Assembly: GCA_041178085.1 (NCBI GenBank)
Contig: JBEGVZ010000003.1
Span: forward strand, 1 to 25,473
Source: Pseudomonadota bacterium
GTDB lineage: Bacteria > Bdellovibrionota_B > Oligoflexia > Oligoflexales > RGVZ01
Length of the DNA: 25,473 bases
Direction: 5' to 3'
Shown here: positions 15,784 through 24,854 of the stretch, piece by piece
How the letters are laid out: every line of letters starts with the position of its first letter
Position numbering within the stretch: position 1 is the stretch's first letter
Program-made: the position numbers and the translations under genes
Notes under the pieces: generated by a model
Told to the model about the DNA's origin: nothing
Database searches by the model: none
What the model saw: only the letters and a program-made list of their open reading frames with translations

Positions 15784-17246
15784 TGTGCCTCCGGCAGTGC
15801 GGAGCGGACTTTCACGATGAACGAACCGAATCCGTCCGTCTGGTCCTGGTTTCCACCGTAAATCAGAAGAACGTTGTCCCTGGTCACGTACCTTTTGAAA
15901 TAGTCCGGCAAGCGAACCACTGGCGAGATGACCTCGACGGCGTCGCCAAATTCCTTTTTGATCCACGCTAATTGTTCTGTGGTTTCCTCTGGTTCGAACG
16001 AACAAACAGAGAAAATCATTTCGCCGCCTGTTTTCAGCTGGCGCAAGGCGTGTGCGATCATGTTGCGCTGCAGCAGTGACATGTTCCTGACCAGGTTGGC
16101 ATCCTTTTGCCATTTGCTTTCCGGATGGCGCTTGATGACTCCCATCCCTGAACATGGGGCATCGAGCAGGATCTTGTCGGCCTTGACCGGTGACTTCCAT
16201 TCGAGGAAATCCGCATGATGCCATTCAATACGGGCTTCGGGGCGTGATGAATGTCCAAGGCGATCCATCGTTTGCCGTGCGCGCAGCAACTGAGATTCGC
16301 TTTTTTCGACGCCAATCAGGCGCGCAGCCCCACAGCTCAATTCAAAAAGGTGCGAAAACTTTCCACCCGGTCCACAGGCAGCATCGATGACGGTTTCTCC
16401 GGGTTTTGCGTCCACCAGGTGTCCGATCAACTGCGACGCTTCGTCCTGGATGGTGTACCAGCCTGCAGAGAACAGGCTTTCAGGGCTCGTATCTGGAGCA
16501 TCTTTGCAGTGGAAAGCACCACGTAAATTGCAGCGGTCGGAATGATTCCTTTCCTGTCGCAACAGTTCCTGCTGAAACAGGTGGGCTTCGTTGACCGGTG
16601 TCTTGATCGTGTTGACCCGGATTGTGTAGGGCGGTGGCTGGTTCATCGCTGCTAACATGGTTTCCAGTTTGTCTGCGCGGAACTGGCGGATCCACCGTTC
16701 CACCATCCAGCGTGGAAATGAAAATTGAAGCGCCAGATAATCGACTGGCTGGCGGGTCTTGTCCGGTTTCGCAAAGTACTCGGCCCGCCTGGCGATCTGC
16801 CGCAGGATTCCATTCACGAACGGGACGGCGTTCGCCTGGCCCTTGCTGCGAACATATTCGACGCTTTCGTTGACAGCAGCCCTTTCCGGGACACGATCCA
16901 TGTAAAAAATCTGGTAAGTCCCGAGCACCAGCGCTGTGCGGACTTCCGGACTGGTTTCATCAAGGTTCCGGGAGGAGGTGTTTTGCAGGATCCAGTAGAT
17001 CTTGGAGTACCAGCGCAGGCCACCGTAGAGGATTTCTTTCACCAGGTTGCGGTCGATGCGCTTCAGGCTTTCCCCGGCGCCTCCCGGCTGGTAGGCCGCA
17101 TCGAGCAAGTCTTCCGGACGTTCAAAGTGAAACTTCGCGTCCGCAACGCCGAGAGCTTTGTTGTTGCGCACAGCCGCACGGAAACCCATGACACGCGCAA
17201 ACGTGTCATATGCAATCATGCGGGCAAGGGTCACACGGTGAGCCAA
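15780..17246 (-). CDS. rsmB: 16S rRNA (cytosine967-C5)-methyltransferase RsmB/Sun
   Basis: NusB-like N-domain (YGGLRW, AAVNESV, FVNGILR), SFPRWMV, IRVN, IQDEASQL, DAACGPGGK, LLDAPCSGMG, SVCSFEPEE, DGF. Confidence 0.92.
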   Translation of the reverse strand: MAHRVTLARMIAYDTFARVMGFRAAVRNNKALGVADAKFHFERPEDLLDAAYQPGGAGESLKRIDRNLVKEILYGGLRWYSKIYWILQNTSSRNLDETSPEVRTALVLGTYQIFYMDRVPERAAVNESVEYVRSKGQANAVPFVNGILRQIARRAEYFAKPDKTRQPVDYLALQFSFPRWMVERWIRQFRADKLETMLAAMNQPPPYTIRVNTIKTPVNEAHLFQQELLRQERNHSDRCNLRGAFHCKDAPDTSPESLFSAGWYTIQDEASQLIGHLVDAKPGETVIDAACGPGGKFSHLFELSCGAARLIGVEKSESQLLRARQTMDRLGHSSRPEARIEWHHADFLEWKSPVKADKILLDAPCSGMGVIKRHPESKWQKDANLVRNMSLLQRNMIAHALRQLKTGGEMIFSVCSFEPEETTEQLAWIKKEFGDAVEVISPVVRLPDYFKRYVTRDNVLLIYGGNQDQTDGFGSFIVKVRSALPEAQ

Positions 17247-17269
17247 AGTCGGGGCACCTCTGTGACCAA

Positions 17270-18001
17270 TTATGCCACAACATCTCCCAAAAGTGCGGCG
17301 ACCGACACCGGGGCAAGCGGTTTGACCAGTTCATGGATGGCCTGGGCGAGTTTGCGGATCTCCAGCTGGGCACCATCGTGGTCCCGGAGCTTGATGAAAT
17401 TGACGACGGCTTCCAGAGAGGCCGTCCAGGTCAAAGTGTTCATGAAACCGACAGGTAGCACAAAGCGGGCTTGTTCGCGGCAGACACCGAGCTCTAGCAG
17501 GCTTTCATAGGCCTTGTAAGCGTCGCGGATGGCCCGATCGTAGACTTCCTTGGCCTTCTGGTTGTCGTCCACAAGGGTGTCGGGCAGGGAGGCCTGTTTA
17601 TTGGATTTGTGTTGCTGGCGGAACTTGCTGATCTGGTGGAATTCGTTCGGGAACTCCACGTAGCGGCCTGAAATTTCGTTCCAGACCGTTGCGGCTTCCC
17701 GGAATTCGCCACTGCTGAACGCGCAACCGACCTGATGCTTGTAGAGTTGGCGGCAGACCACCTCTGATGTGTGGATCACGAAGGTCAATTGCAGGTGACG
17801 GAACGGGCTCATGTGCTTGTGGGCGGCAAGGTACCGGATCAATTTGACGTCGCCGTCGTCCATCTGGGTCTTGCGCTTGCCGAAAGATACACGCGCCGCG
17901 TTTACAACGGCAAGATCACCTGCACCCATGTAGTCAACCAGCTCAATGTAACCGTCGTCGACATCAATGCGGCGTTTCAGGTTGGTGGTCGGATTGGTCA
18001 T
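17270..18001 (-). CDS. thyX: FAD-dependent thymidylate synthase
   Basis: VVNAARVSF, LIRYL..HKHMSPF, RQLYKHQ...WNEISGRY, REQARFVLP, LRDHDGAQLEIR. Confidence 0.93.
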   Translation of the reverse strand: MTNPTTNLKRRIDVDDGYIELVDYMGAGDLAVVNAARVSFGKRKTQMDDGDVKLIRYLAAHKHMSPFRHLQLTFVIHTSEVVCRQLYKHQVGCAFSSGEFREAATVWNEISGRYVEFPNEFHQISKFRQQHKSNKQASLPDTLVDDNQKAKEVYDRAIRDAYKAYESLLELGVCREQARFVLPVGFMNTLTWTASLEAVVNFIKLRDHDGAQLEIRKLAQAIHELVKPLAPVSVAALLGDVVA

Positions 18002-18067
18002 CTGGACGGGCCCCCCGTGGTGCGATCGCTGGATCGAAATAATGACCCAACTATCGGTGATCGGGGG

Positions 18068-19933
18068 TCAGGCGCGCAAGTGGTAATGAAGGATCTGGAT
18101 GGCCGCCGCCGTGACGCCGCTGATGCGCGAGGCCTGGCCGAGGGTTTCGGGCTGGACCCTGCGCAGTTTCTCGACCACCTCACGGCTCAGCCCTGGAAGG
18201 CTTGTGTAATCAATGGCACGGGGGATTGCGGTGCGGTCAAGGTCTGCCGTGTCCTGGATCAGGCGGGCTTCGCGGGCAATGTAGCCTTCGTACTTGATTT
18301 CGATGGTGGCTCGGCGCCGGATGGCCCGCCCGAACTTTTCCAGTACCGGGACAGCGCCCAGGACGTCGTCCACGGTGATCTCGGGCCGCTTGAGCAGGGC
18401 TTCCAGTTTGGTGCCCCGGTTGTCCTTGGCGTCGTAAAGTTTTTCGTCGATTCCGCAGTCACCAAAACTGGCGTTACGAATGAACGCCATGGCTTCGCGC
18501 AGTTCCCGCTGGCGGGCAGTGAATTTCGTATAATCGTCCGCGTTTACAAGGCCAACTCCTCGCCCAAGGTCGCTCAGACGGCTGTCGGCATTGTCTTCAC
18601 GAAGGTGCAGCCGGTGTTCTGCCCGCGATGTGAACACCCGGTAAGGTTCGCTGGTGCCTTTGGTCACGAGGTCGTCAATCATCACCCCGATATAGGCCTG
18701 GGTGCGCCCCAGAATGAAGGGTGACTCGCCGCGGATCTTTCGCGCCGCGTTGATGCCGGCCATCAGGCCCTGCGCGGCGGCTTCTTCATAACCCGTGGTT
18801 CCGTTGATCTGGCCGGCCAGAAACAGGCCATGGCATTTTTTGGTTTCCAGGGAGGAGTAAAGCTCGGTCGGATCCACGAAGTCATATTCGATGGCGTATC
18901 CGGGGCGGATGATTTCCACCCGCTCCAGTCCCGGGACGGTGCGGACGAACTCAAGCTGTGCATGGAGGGGCAGGGAAGTCGAGAGGCCGTTGGGGTAGAC
19001 CTCGCAAGTGTCATAGCCCTGTGGCTCAAGAAAGACATGGTGCGAAGTGCGGTCCTTGAACTTGACCACCTTGTCCTCAATGCTGGGACAGTAGCGGGGG
19101 CCGATGCCAACGATTTCGCCGCTATACAGCGGCGATTCACTCAAAAACTTCTGGATTACTGCGTGAGTCTTTTCATTGGTGTGTGTCAGGTGGCAAGGGA
19201 TCAAGCGCTGCGTGATCCGGTCGTTGCTGAAGCTGAAAGGAATGATGTCTTCATCCGAGTGCTGGGCTTCGAGTCCTGACCAGTCAATGGTGCGCCCATC
19301 CAGCCGGGGTGTCGTTCCGGTTTTAAGCCGTCCGACCCGGAAGCCTGCATCGCGCAGGAACTTTGCCAAGGCCACGGAAGGCGCGTCGCCAGCGCGACCG
19401 GCGGAAATCTTGCTCTTGCCGATGTGGATCAAGCCATTCAGGAAAGTACCGGTGGTGATGACCACGGCGTCGGATTCAAAGCGACCGAAGGTTGCGGTTT
19501 CCAGGCCCCGGATTCGGGGGCCTTCGCCTGTAGAATCTACGATCAGGCCTTCGACGGTATCCTGGCGGATCGACAGATTCGGGGTGTTTTCCAGCACGTG
19601 CTTCATGTGCCGGCGGTACAGGTCCATGTCGGCCTGAGCCCTGGACGACCAGATCGCTGGGCCTTTTTTGCGATTTAGAACCCGGAACTGAATGCCTGTC
19701 GCGTCGATTGCCTTGCCCATCTCCCCGCCCAAGGCATCGATTTCCTTGACGAGGTGGCCTTTTGCGGTGCCGCCGACAGCGGGATTGCAACTCATGGCGG
19801 CGATTCGTTCGACGTTCTGTGTAACCAGCAAGGTCCGGGCGCCTAACCTGGCGGCTGCCAGGGCGGCTTCGCAGCCGGCATGGCCGCCTCCGGCGATGAT
19901 CACGTCAAATTTTGTGGCGTTCGAAAGGGTCAT
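18068..19933 (-). CDS. mnmG: tRNA uridine-5-carboxymethylaminomethyl(34) synthesis enzyme MnmG (GidA)
   Basis: [68 protein letters not shown]. Start set at ATG 19933 ([13 protein letters not shown]); the ORF track starts at 19993. Confidence 0.97.
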   Translation of the reverse strand: MTLSNATKFDVIIAGGGHAGCEAALAAARLGARTLLVTQNVERIAAMSCNPAVGGTAKGHLVKEIDALGGEMGKAIDATGIQFRVLNRKKGPAIWSSRAQADMDLYRRHMKHVLENTPNLSIRQDTVEGLIVDSTGEGPRIRGLETATFGRFESDAVVITTGTFLNGLIHIGKSKISAGRAGDAPSVALAKFLRDAGFRVGRLKTGTTPRLDGRTIDWSGLEAQHSDEDIIPFSFSNDRITQRLIPCHLTHTNEKTHAVIQKFLSESPLYSGEIVGIGPRYCPSIEDKVVKFKDRTSHHVFLEPQGYDTCEVYPNGLSTSLPLHAQLEFVRTVPGLERVEIIRPGYAIEYDFVDPTELYSSLETKKCHGLFLAGQINGTTGYEEAAAQGLMAGINAARKIRGESPFILGRTQAYIGVMIDDLVTKGTSEPYRVFTSRAEHRLHLREDNADSRLSDLGRGVGLVNADDYTKFTARQRELREAMAFIRNASFGDCGIDEKLYDAKDNRGTKLEALLKRPEITVDDVLGAVPVLEKFGRAIRRRATIEIKYEGYIAREARLIQDTADLDRTAIPRAIDYTSLPGLSREVVEKLRRVQPETLGQASRISGVTAAAIQILHYHLRA

Positions 19934-20045
19934 GGATTCCGGGGACGGCTTATTGGCAAAAAAGTGTCTTAAAAACTTTAAAATTCTTAACATCGCTCAT
20001 ATATAGGACTTCAAATCGACAATCAACTGACAAGAAAGGCTGTGC

Positions 20046-20074
20046 TTGAAAAAACCCCATGATCGCGCTAACTT
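20046..20074 (+). promoter_or_regulatory. Sigma-70-like promoter for leucine dehydrogenase
   Basis: TTGAAA-N17-TAACTT in the AT-rich divergent intergenic region, overlapped by the inverted repeat AAACCCC...GGGGTTT. Confidence 0.5.
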
Positions 20075-20130
20075 CCGGGGTTTCGGAGTCGAATTATCAC
20101 CGCTTTTTCTGATCAGAGAGGCCGTTGTTT

Positions 20131-21255
20131 ATGGTTGCTACAACGTCTGGTTCCCGTAATTCCGGGGTTTTCGGGCTGATTGAGTCGATGGGGCATGAGC
20201 AAGTCGTTTTCTGCCATGACAAGGCAACCGGCCTCAAAGCGATCATCGGGATTCACGACACCACTCTGGGCCCTGCCCTCGGCGGAACCCGCATGTGGGA
20301 TTACGCCAGTGACGAGGACGCCCTGGTCGACGTGCTGCGACTATCCCGTGGCATGACCTACAAAGCTGCCTGCGCAGGCCTCAATCTTGGCGGCGGCAAG
20401 GCTGTGATCATCGGTGATGCAAAGAAAATCAAATCAGAGGCTCTGTTCCGCGCATTCGGTCGTTTCGTCAATTCTTTGGGCGGTCGTTACATCACCGCTG
20501 AAGACGTGAACATCAACGTGAGCGACATGGAAAAAGTTGCTTCCGAGACCCGTTTCGTCACGGGGATTTCATCCCGTCCGGGTGGTTCCGGAGATCCGTC
20601 TCCTGTCACGGCCTGGGGCGTCTACTCCGGGATTCGTGCTGCGGTGAAGCACCGCCTGGGCAAGGACAACCTTGCGGGAATGAAAGTTGCCGTGCAGGGC
20701 GTTGGCGCAGTTGGCAAGTACCTTTGCGGTTACCTTGCCAAGGATGGCGTGAAGCTGGTCGTGACTGATGTTGATTCGGCCAAGATCGAATACGCCGTCA
20801 AGGAGTTCGGCGCGACTGCTGTGCGTGATAACGAAATCTATGCAGCCGACGTCGATGTTTTTGCTCCGTGTGCTCTGGGCGCGATCCTCAACGACGAGAC
20901 CATTCCGATGCTCAAGGCAAAAGTGGTTGCCGGTGGTGCAAACAACCAGTTGAAGGACGAACGTCACGGCGGCGCACTGGTTGAGCGCAAAATTCTTTAT
21001 GCTCCGGATTACGTGATCAATGCCGGTGGCTTGATCAACGTCTATAACGAACTGATCGGTTACAACGCGGACGTGGCGCGCAACCAGGCCGGCAACATCT
21101 ACAACACGCTGCTGTCGGTGTTTGCTGACGCTGAGAAAAACGGAATTCCGACCGGCAAGGCTTCCGACCTTTTTGCGGAACGCCGGATTGCCTCCGTCCG
21201 TGGTGTCGCTGGACTGCGCAATTCGATCGTCAACCAGCCTTGGTCGAAGATTTGA
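20131..21255 (+). CDS. ldh: Leucine dehydrogenase (Glu/Leu/Phe/Val dehydrogenase family)
   Basis: HEQVVFCHD..TGLKAII.IHDTTLGPALGGTRM, LSRGMTYK, GGGKAVI, YITAEDV, GDPSPVTA, QGVGAVG, APCALG, GGANNQL, APDYVINAGG. GAGAGG SD before ATG 20131. Confidence 0.93.
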   Translation: MVATTSGSRNSGVFGLIESMGHEQVVFCHDKATGLKAIIGIHDTTLGPALGGTRMWDYASDEDALVDVLRLSRGMTYKAACAGLNLGGGKAVIIGDAKKIKSEALFRAFGRFVNSLGGRYITAEDVNINVSDMEKVASETRFVTGISSRPGGSGDPSPVTAWGVYSGIRAAVKHRLGKDNLAGMKVAVQGVGAVGKYLCGYLAKDGVKLVVTDVDSAKIEYAVKEFGATAVRDNEIYAADVDVFAPCALGAILNDETIPMLKAKVVAGGANNQLKDERHGGALVERKILYAPDYVINAGGLINVYNELIGYNADVARNQAGNIYNTLLSVFADAEKNGIPTGKASDLFAERRIASVRGVAGLRNSIVNQPWSKI

Positions 21256-22603
21256 TTTCAGACTGCTGAAGAGGCGCTCGCGCCTTGGATGGTGCAGCAT
21301 CATTCGCCCGGATGAGCTTTAGCTCACCCGGGCGAAGTTCTATCTCCATCGGACGCTCGCGTCCCATGGTTTTCACTGTAAATCGCGTGGTGCCTGGTTT
21401 TACCCAGACCCTGGTAACCAGAAGGCGGCTGGGCAAAAGATTCCAGCCGCGGGTGTCGGCGGTCTCAGTCGCTGCCGTGACAATATTGGCCAACAGTGCG
21501 GCCCCGTCGCCGAAGTGCTGACGGGTTTGCTCCACCACCTGGCCCTTGATGACCGCCCGCGTAAGGCCCTTGGCGACGATACGGCTTTTCCTGTCATCCA
21601 GCGATTGGGATCCGATGGCATCCAGATCTGAACCGACAGACGCAGAGACAAACTTCCCATCGGCCAACTCGATGCCGGTGGCCCCATTAAAACGATGGCG
21701 TTGGTATTGGATCGCCGGGAATGAAATGCGGACAACCTGGGAGCCCACCTGGATGAAGTTGCTGAGCGACACCTTGGCTGAAACCTGGCCGGATTCGTGG
21801 ATGACGGCAATTTGGGCAAGTTTTTCGCCCCGTGCCTTGAGGTCCGCTTCAACCTCGCTGGCCACGGCCGGATGGGTCTTCTTGAATGCGGGGATCTTGT
21901 CGCTGCGATTCCGTGCAAGCAGAAGCCGATAGTATGCCTGGGGCAGGCTGCCTGGCGTCATGCCATTGCTGAATTCCCGGTAGTCCTGGGTATAGAGAGC
22001 CAGGGACTTGCCATATTCAACGATTGCGTTGTCGGTGTCTCCGCGGGCTTCGTGGATCATGCCAGCCAGGTATCGCGCGAAGGCATCGTCCGCGTAACTT
22101 GCCTTGGCATCTTTCCCGTAGCTGCTGACGATCTCCGCCAGCTTTGAATTGATGCGACGGGCGGCGACCTGAGCGTTGGAGAGGTCTCCGGCTTCAATAA
22201 ATGAAAGGGCCATCATCGTATGGATGGCGACGCGCTCGTAATCCTCTCCTGCATAATCGGTGATGTCGTCACTGACGACAAAGCTTGCAGCAGTTTTGGA
22301 CACGCTTACCGTGTACAGCTGGTCGGAAAGGCGGTCAGCTTTGATCAGTTCCTTCCGGCTTGCGTCAAATTCCCCAAGACGGTCGAGAATCATGGCCCTT
22401 TCCAGGTGAAAAAGGACCTGGCTGGACTTGTCGGACTTGATCTTCGACTTGTCCATCTGATCGAGAGCGTTGCGGTAGTCACCTTGGACGAAATCATTGC
22501 GGATGTTGCGGATTTCATCCGTGTAAGATGCGCACGCCCCGGCAAGCTGCACGACCAGCGTCGCAGCAATTGCGACGCTGGTCGTCCGGCCGCGCATTTT
22601 CAC
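21230..22603 (-). CDS. COG3014-family TPR lipoprotein
   Basis: Lipobox-like LAGAC; TPR-like helices; DYAGEDYE, TETADTRGWNLLP family motifs; GTGA coupling to lpoB. Confidence 0.8.
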   Translation of the reverse strand: MKMRGRTTSVAIAATLVVQLAGACASYTDEIRNIRNDFVQGDYRNALDQMDKSKIKSDKSSQVLFHLERAMILDRLGEFDASRKELIKADRLSDQLYTVSVSKTAASFVVSDDITDYAGEDYERVAIHTMMALSFIEAGDLSNAQVAARRINSKLAEIVSSYGKDAKASYADDAFARYLAGMIHEARGDTDNAIVEYGKSLALYTQDYREFSNGMTPGSLPQAYYRLLLARNRSDKIPAFKKTHPAVASEVEADLKARGEKLAQIAVIHESGQVSAKVSLSNFIQVGSQVVRISFPAIQYQRHRFNGATGIELADGKFVSASVGSDLDAIGSQSLDDRKSRIVAKGLTRAVIKGQVVEQTRQHFGDGAALLANIVTAATETADTRGWNLLPSRLLVTRVWVKPGTTRFTVKTMGRERPMEIELRPGELKLIRANDAAPSKARAPLQQSEIKSSTKAG

Positions 22604-23217
22604 AGGCCCAGGCTCGAGCGTTTGAAGGCTTTCTTGAGTTCCTTCTTACCAGTCCACTCGATCTCACCAGTCTCAATGTTGGTGAGGCGCATCGTGGTCA
22701 GGTAATAAATCGTTTTCTCGCCGCCACCGTTTTTGGAGTGGGTGGACGTTGCAATCGATCCTTCGAGCAGGAAATCCGCGCCAGTCTGGTTGCCCGTCTT
22801 TTTGGCCGTTTTCTCAGAGACAGCGCCGCTATTCTGGTACTTGAGTTCGTCCAGCAGCTTTTTGCGGATGTTCACATCGCTGACGAAGCGAACCTTCCTC
22901 GAATTGATCAATTCGTCCTGGATGTATTCGGTCATGGCCTTGGTATCGATGACTTCCTCGGTGCGGTTTTCGACCTGGTCCACCAACACCACTGGCGCCT
23001 TGCCACCGTTCTTGCTTTTGTATTCTCCCAGCCAGGGGCGGGCAAGGACCTGGTCCACAAGGAATGATGCGGTCTTTTTCAGGTCCGTCTCGCTCCAGCG
23101 GTCGTCAAGGATCTCGGCCTTGTCTGGATCGGTATACTCGGCCGTGGAAGTGGTGCAGGAAGAGGCGAACATGGCACATGCGAAAATTGGCGCGATCACA
23201 AATTGACACGTTTTCAT
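22600..23217 (-). CDS. lpoB: Penicillin-binding protein activator LpoB-family lipoprotein
   Basis: Lipobox FASSC; WSETDL, VENRTEE.IDT, GNQTGADFLLEGSI, YYL.TMRLTNIETGEIEW. GGAGGA SD before ATG 23217. Confidence 0.85.
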   Translation of the reverse strand: MKTCQFVIAPIFACAMFASSCTTSTAEYTDPDKAEILDDRWSETDLKKTASFLVDQVLARPWLGEYKSKNGGKAPVVLVDQVENRTEEVIDTKAMTEYIQDELINSRKVRFVSDVNIRKKLLDELKYQNSGAVSEKTAKKTGNQTGADFLLEGSIATSTHSKNGGGEKTIYYLTTMRLTNIETGEIEWTGKKELKKAFKRSSLGL

Positions 23218-23344
23218 CAGCAATCCTCCGGTCAGGCAGCTTTTTTTTCAGGTACACGATCCTAACATATCTGACAGTGAAATGAATCCGCGGTTCGTGT
23301 TAAAATCGGAAGGTCCGGGTCCATACGCCAGCAGGGAGCAGGCC

Positions 23345-23863
23345 ATGAGAATCTTGGGAAGTTGGCAGTCAAAAGCAGCATTCGTTTCCTTTTCATCGCT
23401 GGCATCCCTGACCTTCGCAGGGCACGCGTCGGCGCGCAGCGTGTTTCTCAATGGTGTCGATGTTTCCAGCTCCCGCAGTCAGGAGCTCCGGAACGTTCAG
23501 ATTCGCATTAATGAGAAGGGCGACATATTTATTTCGGCCCCCCATTACCAGGTGACCGAAGAGGATTTTTTCACGCCGCTTAGCCGTGTCCCCGCAGCCG
23601 GCACCGCGGCTGTTTCCCCGGTCGCTGGCGGTCCAAGCGCCCTTCCGGGAGCCCCGATTACGGCCAGTGCTCCGGCGGCAGTGGCGGCGCGGCCTCAGTC
23701 ACCGGCGGCTGAGGTTCCTGCGGTAGCCCCGCCAGCCGCCGCAGCAGCACCTGCGGCTCCGGCCAAGGGCGACAAGCCTGATTCTTTTTCCAACATCGGG
23801 TTGCAGAAGAGTCCTCCTGAGTCCATGCCCCCGGTGCTGCCCGCAACACCTCCAGCGAAATGA
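23345..23863 (+). CDS. Hypothetical exported protein with small beta-rich N-domain and Pro/Ala-rich tail
   Basis: GGGAG SD before ATG 23345; signal peptide ending HASA; SVFLNGVDV...VQIRINEKGDIFISAPHY; low-complexity PA tail; ATGA overlap with yggS. An extended -10 (TGTTAAAAT, 23298-23306) supports the later start. Confidence 0.7.
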   Translation: MRILGSWQSKAAFVSFSSLASLTFAGHASARSVFLNGVDVSSSRSQELRNVQIRINEKGDIFISAPHYQVTEEDFFTPLSRVPAAGTAAVSPVAGGPSALPGAPITASAPAAVAARPQSPAAEVPAVAPPAAAAAPAAPAKGDKPDSFSNIGLQKSPPESMPPVLPATPPAK

Positions 23864-24534
23864 GCGACAGGATCCTGGACTACGCTACCGTGCGGTCAGA
23901 GGTTGCCAGAATGAATCCGGCGGCCCGGTTGATTGCTGTCAGCAAGGGGCAGGATGCGCGCAAGATTCGTGACCTGTATCAACTTGGCCAGCGCGAATTC
24001 GGTGAAAATTACGTTGACGAACTCGAGGTAAAGTCCGCGCTTCTTTTAGACTTGCCGGACATTCGCTGGATATTCATCGGTCAGCTTCAATCCAACAAGA
24101 TTCAACGCATTGTCCGCGTAGCTGCAGAGATTCAGTCTGCAGCGAGTGAGAAGCATCTACGTTACATTGATCGTCATGCCCGTGAGATGGGCAGGGCGCC
24201 TTATCCGGTTTTTATCGAGGCCAACATCGAAGGCGAAGAAACCAAGGGTGGGGTGGATGAGGCCACCCTCGGCCAGCTTTTGAAGGTAGCCGGCGGGCTT
24301 GGCGGGATTGCGCTGCAGGGATTGATGGCGATTCCCCCTGCGGACATAAGCGATCAGGACTTCCACGACAAAGGGCTCCCTCCCCCGGAGTCCTTTTGCA
24401 AGCTGAGGAGGCTTGCAGATGCCGTGGGTCTCGGTAAACTCTCGCTTGGAATGAGTGGTGATTTTCGTACGGCGTTGGCTGCGGGCAGTGATTGTGTCCG
24501 TATAGGTCGCGCCCTTTTTGGTGAGCGGTCCTGA
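23860..24534 (+). CDS. yggS: YggS-family pyridoxal phosphate homeostasis protein
   Basis: LIAVSK, FGENYVDE, WIFIGQLQSNK, GLMAIP, LSLGMSGDF, VRIGRALFG. Confidence 0.95.
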   Translation: MSDRILDYATVRSEVARMNPAARLIAVSKGQDARKIRDLYQLGQREFGENYVDELEVKSALLLDLPDIRWIFIGQLQSNKIQRIVRVAAEIQSAASEKHLRYIDRHAREMGRAPYPVFIEANIEGEETKGGVDEATLGQLLKVAGGLGGIALQGLMAIPPADISDQDFHDKGLPPPESFCKLRRLADAVGLGKLSLGMSGDFRTALAAGSDCVRIGRALFGERS

Positions 24535-24554
24535 CCGGGGAGGTTGAAGGCACA

Positions 24555-24854
24555 ATGAGTGATGCGATCTTGGTGACAGTTGGCACAGCGTTGAACATGG
24601 TCTTGAACGCCCTTCAATTGCTCGTTTTTGTCTCAGTGATGATCAACTGGGTCGGTGGCGACCCGCGAAACCCCATCGTTACTTTTATCGAGCGGGTGAC
24701 CGAGCCGATTTACCGCCCGTTTCGCCGAATTACGCGCAATTGGTCTGGTCCGTTTGATTGGGCGCCGTTCATCGTGCTTGTATTAATTATTTCGATCCAA
24801 CGCGGCATCGTGGTCCAGATGATGCGTGCCGGCAGTGGTTTCGACCATCCATGA
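24555..24854 (+). CDS. yggT: YggT family membrane protein
   Basis: WV..DPRNPIV.FI.RVTEPIYRPFRR...FDWAPFI; GGAGG upstream; follows yggS. Confidence 0.92.
   Translation: MSDAILVTVGTALNMVLNALQLLVFVSVMINWVGGDPRNPIVTFIERVTEPIYRPFRRITRNWSGPFDWAPFIVLVLIISIQRGIVVQMMRAGSGFDHP

Noticed and set aside
15784..16224. ORF-track N-terminal extension of the PLD-like gene
   Set aside because: Lies inside rsmB in another frame; the SD, ATGA overlap and signal peptide define the start at 15783.
17771..18724. 317-aa plus-strand ORF and similar long antisense ORFs (16725-17510, 20569-21303, 9788-10465, 14251-14823, 5512-6183)
   Set aside because: Antisense shadows of well-supported genes in a GC-rich genome; no recognisable motifs.
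19934..20130. AT-rich region beside mnmG (gidA) as a possible oriC
   Set aside because: No TTATCCACA-type DnaA boxes or 13-mer repeats seen; consistent with divergent promoters.
23580..23860. GC-rich repetitive-looking sequence
   Set aside because: Encodes a Pro/Ala low-complexity tail; not a tandem DNA repeat or CRISPR array.
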